A DNA stretch of 64,000 bases, from positions 61,258,001 to 61,322,000 of the forward strand of contig NC_087436.1 in NCBI RefSeq assembly GCF_036321535.1. Reading direction: 5' to 3'. How positions within the stretch are numbered: the stretch's first letter is position 1; each line of letters begins with the position of its first letter. Under the pieces are notes generated by a model, which was not told where the DNA came from, made no database searches, and saw only the letters and a list, made by a program, of their open reading frames with translations. This DNA is from Camelus dromedarius (taxonomy: Eukaryota). The translations under genes and the position numbers were made by a program. Positions 12,986 through 23,000 of the stretch are shown here, in pieces.

Positions 12986-13674
12986 ATGAATGTGCCCTGC
13001 TTTGTTTGAGTTCATCTGCAGAAGGACATACCGATCACTTGAGTTTCTTAGCTGTTATGAATAGAGCTCCTGTGTGGTCCGTGATGCTAGTTTTTCTTTG
13101 AACAGTTTTTTAAAGCAGTTGTCTAAATACAAGAGCTGATTTTATTGGATTTGAAGTTGAGACTGTTTAGCTTTGGCAGAAACTGCCAAAGTGTTTTCCA
13201 AAGTTAGCTGTACCTGTATTCCACTAGGATCTTCAATATATTTTTGTATGATTATTTGCTATCTGTATACCTTCTTTAGCCAGGTGTTTGTTTCTGTCTT
13301 TACCAATTTTTAATGGGGTTGTTTGTTCTAGATTTTGTTGGTGTAATTTGAGTACAAATCCTTTATTAGATATGCATTTTGCAAATAGTTTCTCCTAGTT
13401 TGTGATTCCTCTTTTGTCTTTCTGAATAAGCTCTTTCACAGAGTAGAAGTATATAGTTTTATAAAGTCCACATTATTAATTTTTGTATTAATTTGTAGAT
13501 AGGCAGTTGGTGTTGTGTTAAAATGCATCACCAGACCCAAGGTCTTATAAATTTTCTCCCATTTCCTTTTAAATTTTTTACAGTTTTGTCATTTAAATTT
13601 GTCTATGGGCAGTTTTGAGTGAATTTTGGTATCAGTTGTAAAGTTTGTTTATGTTCTCTTCATTCTGTATGTTT

Positions 13675-14170
13675 TTCATTTGCATATATTTTCTCCCATT
13701 CTGGAGGTTGTCTTTTTGTTTTGTTGATACAAAGCTTAGCTGTGCAAAAGCTTTTAAGTTTAATTAGATCCCATTTGTTTATTTTTGTTTTTATTTCCAG
13801 TACTTCAGGAGCTGGTTCAAAATATATATTGCTGTAATCTATGTCCACGAGTGTTCTGCCTATGTTTTCCTCTAGGAGTTTTATAGTATCTGGTCTTACA
13901 TTTAGGTCTTTAATCCATTTTGAGTTTATTTTTTTATATGGTGTTAGAGAATGATCTAATTAGATGCATTATCTAAGTAGATTCTAATGCTGAAATTAGA
14001 ATGCTCTAATTTCAGTCTTTTACAGGTAGCTGTCCAGTTTTCCCAGCACCACTTACTGAAGAGACTATCTTTTCTCCATTTGTGTGTTCTTGTCTCCTTT
14101 GTCATAGATTAATTGACTATACACGCATGAGTTTACTTCTGGACTTTCTATCCTGTTCCATTGATCTATC
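13675..14170 (-). mobile_element. Young L1 ORF2 fragment
   Basis: ORF 13660-13848 contains '[19 protein letters not shown]...[13 protein letters not shown]', from the L1 ORF2p C-terminal region. Confidence 0.9.
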
Positions 14171-14174
14171 AAGA

Positions 14175-14950
14175 ATATATTTTTAAAAGGCTGCTTTGGG
14201 AGGTATGGAGAAGGTTGGACCTGGAATTCTTAAAGACATATTAGGAGGCTACTATGTAATTAGCCGAGAAGAATGGTGTTCACTGGCGTTGGGGTGACAG
14301 GGGAGCGGCCTCATAGAAGCAGGTGTCTGGCGGGGGTAGGCAGTGAGAAAGCAGCACAGAGCATCAAATGGGCCAGACAGGGAGGTGTGGAGTGTGACTC
14401 CCAGTGTGCTGAATTGTACTTATGCAACTGGAGAAGTGGTGGGAATGTTCGCTGAGAGAGGAAGGTCGTCTTGGAGGAGCACAAGTCTGGAGGTGAAGGT
14501 CGTTAGCATTTCTTTGCACAGCTTGGGTTTGAGGTGCCTGGAGGTATGCATTTGGATGCCATGGGCAGAGCTCTTATAAGGATGTTCGAATGTGTGCAAG
14601 ATTACTCATGGGAAAGTTTAGGATGAGATGATGAGGTGGCCCCCAGCACAAAGCTTGGAGTATTTCCAACAGTCGAAGGCTGAATACAGGGAGATTGATA
14701 AAGCAGATGGAAAAAGAGCTGCCCACGAAGTCGGAGGGAAATCAGAAGAGACAAGGGAATTGAGCATTTCAGGAGACATTGGTGGACAAGAGGGGCAACT
14801 CTCTCATTCAGCAGTGTGAGGGCCAGCGTTGATTTCAGTCGGTGCTGTCATAGGAGATGTGATGAGACAGCCACAAGTGGGGTTCCGTGTCTGAGTTCAG
14901 AGTGAGAAAAGTAGAGGGCCGGCCAGTGCAATTATTTCCTTTCTGCGAGT
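14175..14950 (-). mobile_element. Degraded L2 fragment
   Basis: Purine-rich antisense L2-like motifs (ggctgctttgggagg, ttaggaggctactatgtaatt, gggtttgaggtgcctgga). Confidence 0.5.
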
Positions 14951-16238
14951 CTGTTTAAATGCTCGAGAGAGGCATTCATTGAAAGGCAACTCAAAGGGGA
15001 CCTTAAAATGTCTAGCCCAGTCCAGGTGCAGTCAGGCCATCGCTGTGGGAACAGAACAGAGGCAGATGCACTGCTGATGGTTTGGGTGGCACTTTGGCAG
15101 TTCCTTGAGAATCTGGAGCATGAGGTCTCCAGCCTGCTGTCCTTCCACACTGGGCTGTTTGTCATCGAGAAACCATAGAGCATCAGGGAGTGTCACCCCA
15201 GGCCCCTGGCGGCTTCACAGAACCCACCCTGAAGGACGCAGGAGAAGTCACTGCAGCTTGTGAGTGCAGCCATGCATGTCATGTGATAGCTGGAGGGGAG
15301 CCTCAGCCCCAGCACGCAGCTTTCTGACCAGCCCAACCCTGGCCTTCCTTTGGGGTGATGCCTGGTGAGTACCCCTCAGGCCCTGCTGCTTAGAGCACCC
15401 TGCCAGGTGGGCCATGTTGCCTTCTCTGGATCAGAGGGCACTGACTTGGTCACTCGCTGGTCTCGCAGCTGGTGGAGGACGTGGGAGGGGATTTTGCTGG
15501 GGTGGCTCCTGGGAGATGGATCCCACCCCACCTGAGCTGCTTCCCTGCAGCCCCCCAGCATCCTACTGATCACCAATTCTCAGCGCTGCCTCTTGGAAGC
15601 GGCCACTCCCCTTCACATCTGCCAGCACCCTCCGGTCTCCCAGTTCCCACCTGAATCCTGCTCTTCCTTTCTCTTTCCACCCAGCCCCTCTCCTCCAACC
15701 TAGAGCAGCCACAACAAATACGCCCCCAGTCCCGCAGGGCTTCTGTGGCTCTGAGCTCGTGGCCTGCTGTCTGTGCCCCCTCTCACCATGCCCCTACCCA
15801 GCAGCAGAGAGCACAGCTTGCGCCTCTGTTCCCTCCCCCGCGATTGCTCATCAAAGGCCTACATCAGGCAGGCACCTGGGGTGGAGGGGCACTGCCGCCG
15901 TGGCTGGAGGTCAGAGCCAGAAAGTCAGATGCAAACCCAAGTTTTGCCACAGACTGGCTTTCTCAGGCTGGAAATGGTCTTTGGAGAAACACCAGGAGCA
16001 GACCGTCTGCCTGGTTTCTTTCCATCCCAAGGCGCCCCGCTCGGCACTGGCTTTGGGCACTGACTTTTGGTGCTGGCAGGTTGGGCAGGGTGCTACAGTG
16101 CCGGCTCTCCGTAGTTCAGAGCCGCGGAGGCACCTGCCCGGGGGACAACAGCCAGCTGAAGGGTGTGAGGACTCCGTTTGCTGCAGTCTCCGGGGCCACC
16201 GTCACTCGTGGACACTTGTTTTGCATTCTAACACAGTA

Positions 16239-16244
16239 TTTATT
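16239..16244 (-). terminator. AATAAA polyadenylation signal of the MIA3-like retrogene
   Basis: tttatt on the + strand, about 120 nt past the last MIA3-like codon (TGA at 16366-16368). Confidence 0.55.
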
Positions 16245-16365
16245 GAGAATTCATATACATGTGAAGCTACCCTTCCATGCCCCCTCCCCCCTCCCCTCCC
16301 CTGCACCCGAGTGCACCCCCTGCTGCCTAGGAAAGAGTTCCAGCACAAAAGTTTCTAAAGAAGCT

Positions 16366-17992
16366 TCACTCTGAGGAAACACACAAGAGTCCCTGCATGC
16401 TAACAAAGACACTCTCTAGCTCAGGGACCTCAGCCTCCTGCTGACACCACCACTCCCCCTGCTTCTGCAAGTCCTCCCCCTCCGAGTGATAGTACCTCTC
16501 CTGCAGCCTGTGGAGCTCAGCCAAGGACTCTTCTGTGCTCAGGGCTGGGGGCTCCCCTGGCATGTGCCTACGCCCCTCCCCACACCACGTCCCGGGGCAC
16601 CTGTTCTGCTGGCAAGTTCTTTAAAGGGTGTTCCTCCTCTGAGAAGTGAACAAGTGGATTTCTTCACGTTCAGTTTTCTTCTTCAGACATGCTGTACTTT
16701 TCCTTTAGTTCAGACATTGTCTTGTGGAGATTTTTCTTGCTTGTGTTCACAGCTGTCTTTATGACCTTCAGCTTTTTGTCAAACTGGGCCAAAGATGTAC
16801 CCCGTGCGGTTCACCTCCATGGACAGCTCTTTCAGCTTCTCTTGTTTGCAGCATCCCTTTCCCCTCAACAAGAGAGCTCTCCAGAGAAGAAGGACTCCCC
16901 AGGCAGTATGCAACCAGGACATCAGGTTGAATGTGGTCCCAGGCCAGGGGCCCACCAGCACCTTGGCCCAGTGACCCATCAGGAGGATCATGCTCTGAAG
17001 GGTTCAGAGCACCAAAGTGCTGACGTTTGAGCGCCTGCCCTTGACAAAGGCCACTGTCGCCTCCTTGGACAGCTGCTGCCGATGCCCTGGCCACAGCAAC
17101 AGCAGACAGAGTCTGGCCTGGGCTGGTGGCCTCGGATCTCTCACGTCTTGGTCAGGACTCCCCACGTCTTTCGGTCCAGGTCGCTCTTGCTGCCCCATTT
17201 CCCAGCCTCCAATCTGTCTGGTGGAGTAATTGAACTGCTGTGGCAGGCCGAGCTGGTTGTACCGGTTCTTCCCTTCATGGCTGTTGGGGCTGGGAGTCAG
17301 GGAGGCAGCCAGGCCAAGGTTGCCAGGAGGTGATAGGAGGTTTCTGGGGCCCCTCTCCTCACCCACTGCAGCCTCTGAGCTCAGATACCTGGAGGGCAGC
17401 GTGGGGATGGCACGTATGAGGACCAGAATGAGGTATTCCTCTTCCACCAGGTAGCAGCCTCTTCCTGCCAGCTGACCTAGGTCTGGCAAAGGTGCCGATG
17501 GCCACAGGCAGAAGAGGACTCGGGGAACAACCAAGGAAAGTTTCTGTCTGGATACCCACTGTGCACTTGGAGAGGGTTCTGGAGAGTGTGGCATGGGAGT
17601 CAGCGGCTGCCCTCTGTTTACCTTGGTGTCTGAGTGCTTGGCTGGCCAGTGAGAAGCTGGTTTGGGATGCCAGATGCCTGGGAGGGGTGCTCCCGGGATG
17701 GGCAGGGGTCTGCTGTGCTCCTGTTCTCGGAGCCCAATATCCCGCCATGGGGCTGGAACCAGAGGGAGAGGAACTGGGCTAACCCCCACGGGAGCAGGAG
17801 GCGCCAGGTGTGGGTGCGTGGACACTCCAGCCTGCAGAGAGGTATGAAGGTGGATGCCAGCATGAAAGTGGAGTGTGTAGTGTGGTTGAGGGGCCCAGAG
17901 CAAGAAGGGTGGGCACGGCGTGCGTCAGAGGTGGGCGTGGAGAAGGCAGTGGAGAAGGTGGCAACAATGAGCAAGAGCACCAGAAAGGCCAT
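16366..17992 (-). pseudogene. Intronless, highly divergent MIA3/TANGO1 (cTAGE family)-like retrogene, disabled
   Basis: Joining frames gives TLQSMILLMGHWAKVLVGPWPGTTFNLMSWLHTAWGVLLLWRALLL...QEKLKELSME...SLAQFDKKLKVIK...TERE...LSTEESLAELHRLQERYYHSEGEDLQKQGEWWCQQEAEVPELESVFVSMQGLLCVS. This is colinear with the remembered human MIA3 transmembrane and first coiled-coil region (LENAILLI...PGPDFYGLPW...IFLWRTVLV...SEKLK...SERE...LSEEKVKSECHRVQEE...[34 protein letters not shown]). In-frame stops occur at 17004-17006 and 16621-16623, with frameshifts near 16800, near 16690 and further upstream. Confidence 0.75.
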
Positions 17993-18026
17993 CTCTGCTA
18001 TGGCTGACCTCCGCGGTGTTGCTGGC

Positions 18027-18033
18027 TTTTATA
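18027..18033 (-). promoter_or_regulatory. TATA box (TATAAAA) of the retrogene
   Basis: Canonical TATAAAA beginning 41 nt upstream of the ATG at 17992, which has a good Kozak context (gagATGg). Confidence 0.6.
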
Positions 18034-18081
18034 ACCACTAGCGGTGCATCACAATACCTCCCTGTGACCCCTGCGGCCCCA

Positions 18082-18185
18082 CTGGCCAATTGCCAGGCAG
18101 CCCTCAGCAAGCCGCGCCTCTGGCCAATTGCCAGGCGGCTCTCAGCAGGCCACGCCTCTGGCCAATTGCCAGATGGCTCTCACCG
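18082..18185. repeat. 38-bp tandem repeat (~2.7 units), each unit containing CTGGCCAATTGCCAG
   Basis: Exact 15-mers at 18082, 18120 and 18158. Confidence 0.95.
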
Positions 18186-18193
18186 TGTCCCTC

Positions 18194-18650
18194 TGTAACA
18201 GAAAAGAACAAATCTGTCTCCATATGAGACCAGTTCCTTTGATTCTCACCCTGTTCCCTGTTTCCTGTTTCCTGGGCTTAGTCTTGCTAGCTCTGCACCT
18301 TTTATAAAAGAATGTTGCCTTCAGCCTGAAATACACAGGAGAGCCCATCATCAAGGCTCTGACCTTTAAGGGTATAACACTTTTGCACTCATATAATGAT
18401 GACAAATTGCAGAATAGAAAATAATGTTTGTTTTGTGGGAGGTTTACAGGGACACCAAGACCTGACCCACATGGACAGCTGCAAGGGCAAAGGACTCTGA
18501 CACCAAGAAGTTTGCACAACCAACCCCCTCCGTCCCTTTTTAGTATAAAAGGAGCCTGAATTCTGGCTTGGGGAAGATGGTTCTCTGGACCATTATCCCC
18601 CATCTTCTCAGTCGGCTGGCTTTCCAAATAAAGTTGCTATTCCTTGCCCC
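18194..18650 (+). mobile_element. ERV1-type LTR, 3' end apparently truncated
   Basis: Starts tgtaacag; TATAAAA at 18544-18550; AATAAA at 18627-18632 followed by gttgctattccttgcccc. Confidence 0.75.
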
Positions 18651-18909
18651 CCCTGCCCCTACAAAGTCTAGTCCAACCTTTCCTAAAACGTGTGACACAG
18701 CTTGTTTCTAGATATTATGTGTAGAAATTGGGGTTCAGTCATCAAAAAAGTCAGGAAACGTGGGACTTAACAATAAACATGCTTCTTCCTTCAGGTCTTC
18801 CCAACGTTTAATATCCTAATGGGACTCTGATCTGTAAGAGGCAGACTCCCAGATTACTTCACCTGGATTTAAAAGATCATCTGTATTGTTGACTTTGTTC
18901 CTGTCAATT

Positions 18910-20065
18910 AAAAAAAGTAATAAGGTATTTTTAGAGCAGTTTCAGGTTTAGAAAGTCACTGAGCAGGAAGTACAGAGAATTCCCACGTAACCTGCTCCTT
19001 TCTTGACCACTCACCCCAGTTTCTACATTATTAACAACTTGCACTAATGTGATACATTTGTTATAATTGATGGAGCAATGTTGATACGTTATTAACTGAA
19101 GTCTTTAGTTTGCATTAGTATTCTCTCTCAGCTTTGTGGGGTTCTATGAGCTTTGAGAAATGAGTGATAGCATGTGTCCGCTATACAATATCACAGAGCA
19201 GTTTCACTGGCTTAAATACCCTTTTTCACATCTGTTCACACCCCTCCCCCATAATTCCTGGCACCAGCAAACACTGATCTTTCCATTGTCTTTGTAAGTT
19301 TGCTTTCCCCAGAAAGTCATATAGTTGTACTCATCCAGTATGTAGCCTTTTCAGAATGAATTATTTTACTTACCTATATGCATTTAGAGTTTTTCTATGT
19401 CTTTTTTTGTTTGTTTGGCTTGATACCTCACTTCTGTTTATTTCTGAGTAATATTCCATTGTAGGATGGACCACAGTTTATTTATCCTTTCACCTGTTAA
19501 AAGACACCTTGGTTGCTTCCAGTTTCTCTCTGAATCATGAATAAATCGTGGATAAAGCTGCTAAAAACACTGGTGTGTAGGTTTACTGGGAAAATAAGTT
19601 TTCAGTTCATTTGGGTAAATGATTATGATAATGATGGCTAGATTGTATGTAAGACTGTGTTTAACTTTGTGAGAAGCCACCAAACTGTCTTGTGGAGTGA
19701 CTGGACCACTTTGCATTCCCATCAGCAGTGATGGGAGTTCCTGTTGCTCCATATCCTCACCAGCATTTGATGTTGTCAGTGTTTTGGATTTTAGCTGTTC
19801 TAATAGGTGTACAGTGGTATCTCCTTGTTTTAATCTGTGATTACTTAATAACAGCTGATGCTAAGCATCTTTTCACATGCTTTTTTCCACCTGTATATCT
19901 TCCTTAGCAAGGTATCTATTCATATCAATGCCTGCTTTTTAATTTTGTTGTTTTCTTATGGTTGACTTTTTAATTTTTTTTTTAATACTTGGATACAAGT
20001 CCTTTATCAGCCATGTGTTTCGCAAATATTTTCTGCAAGTCTGTGACTTATTTTTTCATTGTCTT
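18910..20065 (-). mobile_element. Old L1M (L1MB/MC-like) 3' fragment
   Basis: ttttagagcagtttcaggttt...gaagtacagagaattccca, followed by typical antisense 3' UTR and ORF2-end motifs. Confidence 0.8.
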
Positions 20066-23000
20066 AATCTGGGATCTTTTAAATAAGCATAATTGAAAGC
20101 TTTTAATACCCAGCATTTTCTTATTTATTTTCACTGGGCACCATCTATATACTTATCTACATCTGGCTTCAATGGGCAATTCTAAGTCTGCTTTAAAATG
20201 AAGTCTCTTTAGTGTTTTGCACTAACTCTCCACCCCCCCCCCCCCAATGGAGCCTCAAGGAGGAAGGTTGGTGCATGTGAAGTGATGGCACATGGTCGTC
20301 TTCCAGCAAAACTCTGATTGGAGGCATTCCTGTGACTATTAACAGTAGTCAATGTTATTGCTTTTATTTATTTTTTTTTAAATAATAACAGTTATTAGTC
20401 CTTGTTACTTGTGGAAAATGAGACCTTCAGTAAATCAATCACCTTGTCACACCTTTGGTTCCTCAGATGTGAAAGAGAAGTATAATATGAGCTCCCATGC
20501 AGGGCTGCTGTCCTGTTTGAAATGGACAATCATGAAATTACTCGGGGGATGACAGACACAAGGTCTCTGTTCAGTTCAGGAAGGTCATCCCTGCTTCCCT
20601 TTTCACTGGAAGGGTGTTGACCTGGCTGCTGGGTGTGTGTCTGGTCTGGATCCTGGTGCTGAAGAGTTCTCAAGAAGAAAGAAGAATCTTCCCTCTTCCT
20701 GGAACGTTATAGATTTTTTTTTTGACATTTCAAGTTGGCAAATATGATCCTTGTCCTGATGAGATAAAACATATTTGTTGATTATCTCCAGAAACCAGAG
20801 TAAATTCTTGGATAAAAAATAATAATAAAAAAAAAAAGTAAAATGTTTGAGTGCTTTCTTTGTAAACTCAGAAGACAACATTCTAGCAGTTTCTGTACCT
20901 ATTTTGGTGACCATCAATAGAAGCAACTAAAAATTAGTCAACAAAATAACAGCATTAATGGAAAGAGGAGGACGTGGAGCTAGAACGTGGGCCTGTGTTT
21001 CTAAGATGTAGTTTACAGACAAATGGAAATCTGCCTGCAAGTAATTCTCCTTAGGTTGTTAATGAGTAAGTTTACTCCCTCAAACCTCCTCAGTCTCACT
21101 CTGACCTGGCAGCCCACAGACTCTCATCATTTCCCGGATTTGATGATGGGTCCACATTACAGTGTCCTCTCCAGATTCCAGAATGATTTCATCTCTTTAA
21201 AGTAAAACTCATTTCTTTTCCTTCTGTCCCCCATTCCATTCTGCAGCGTGTGCTGAAATTCAAGGTCATCCTTCTCACTTTCCTCATCTCTCAAGGATCA
21301 AAAGTATAAAAGATAAGTGAGAAGCAAAATAAGAGGCAACTGAACTCCTTGGTCTTGTATAAGATGTCAGGGAAAAGGATCTATTGTTTAAAGGAGGCAG
21401 ACTAAAGATTATCAGATAAAACAATGAATCAAATTTTATGTCAAATTATATGTATCTACTGAATATCTAGGTATAGCCAGGAACTGTTACAGACACACTT
21501 CCTTCCATTCCAACAATTCAGTTAATTCATTTAGTCAAGGAGCATTGATTGGAACTTGCTTGGTGCCCGTATTGCAACCCAGGGATGTGATTTCAGAGCT
21601 CACTCTTTCAACTGTATTGTTCACTGCCTGCCTTGATGTACGCGTGTCTCTCCAGGACATGTGCCTCCTTGCTGGGCAGGTTACAGGGTTTGCTTATTTC
21701 TTATTTCTTACTATTTACTTATTTCACTTGGTGTGTAGAAAGCCGCCTGAGACTTCTAGTTGAACTGGAGAGAGATTTCTCTTTTGTCTGTCATTCAGTT
21801 TATTTTTTAAATAATTAAAGCACTAAAGTGGATATCTGATCTCAAATTTTGAATTGATTATTTAACACATTTCAGTTAAGCAGAAAAATTCTAATTAGTT
21901 TCTTCCCTTCAGTTATGGGAACTCAGCCTCTAGAAATATATCTGATACTTTAGTTGCCTTGGATAAAGAAATATGTATGCTTCCGAGATAATTCTGAATA
22001 TTTTGGATCATACATTAGACATAGTTTGCCTGTCACTAACTTATAATGCACTGGAACCCCCCAACAATACACCATTCTAGACATTACATTATTGTTACCT
22101 TAGAAAGTAACAGTGCATTAATCACATGGGGATAGAAATTTCAAAAATACTTGTGTACTAGGCTGTTGCTGCTCAGTGAGGATTAGGTGAGGCTCAGGGC
22201 GTGGATCTCAGGGAAGACAGTCCTGCTGAAAGACCAGCTGTACATGTGCTCCTTGGTAATTCAGCATCTCCTCTGTCTTGCTCTTTTTACTGCCGAGGAA
22301 AGATAAGTTTCTACTTTCTGGTACCAAGGGTGCTCAAGGATAAAACATGTCATTTTTATGGGTACTTTTTGGTGTCAAATGCAGAAATCATCTATAGGAG
22401 CTTTAACTGAACTGAAAAACAAACAAACAAAATCCGACCTAGCAGCTGCTCCCACCAATATGAAACCGGAACCAAAGTATGAGATCCTGCGGGGCTCTCC
22501 TGCATCTCCTCCTCTCACTCACTGTGCTCATTTCTGTGGGATCTGCCCCTCCAGCCCAGGGTCCCCTCGGTCTTGGCTGCGGGTGGAGACCCAGACCCAG
22601 TGAGCTGCTGTGTGTGCCCCAGGACATGTTGGCCAACGAGCTTACTCTGTTTTAGAATAAATACACATTACCATAATCACAAGAAGCTGGATAGATTTTA
22701 GGCTTTTCACTAATATGGGAATATAATTTGCATCATAGGCAGTCAGTGTGTCTTCTCTAACATGTGAAATCCCCTTACCTACATGACAAAGATTTGTCTT
22801 TTTTAGCTTTGTCCTTGTTATAATTGGAAAACCCACATATTTTCTGCCCTAGATGAAAATACTTGGTTTGTGCTGAATGCCAAGTTCAATAATTATCTTA
22901 CACAGAGATAATAGTTTAATAAAAGCAGACAAGTATATTGTAGAATATGAAAATATATCTGATTACTTCATAGGATTGGAATCTGTTCTAAGTATATTTA

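Larger units (their letters stand above)
11610..13650 (-). mobile_element. Old L1M fragment with LTR insertions; copy 2 of the duplicated block
   Basis: Colinear with 3780-6090, including the same MER34-like LTR at the same L1 position. Confidence 0.7.

Noticed and set aside
15745..16374. Overlapping 209-aa and 199-aa plus-strand ORFs
   Set aside because: No recognisable domain. Long ORFs in several frames are expected in GC-rich DNA, and they overlap the antisense 3' end of the retrogene.
17004..17903. 299-aa minus-strand ORF as a standalone gene
   Set aside because: It has a non-ATG start and is better explained as one frame segment of the frameshifted MIA3-like pseudogene.
18082..18185. 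CRISPR-like repeat-spacer array
   Set aside because: The spacers are near-identical to each other and the context is mammalian, so it is a tandem repeat.
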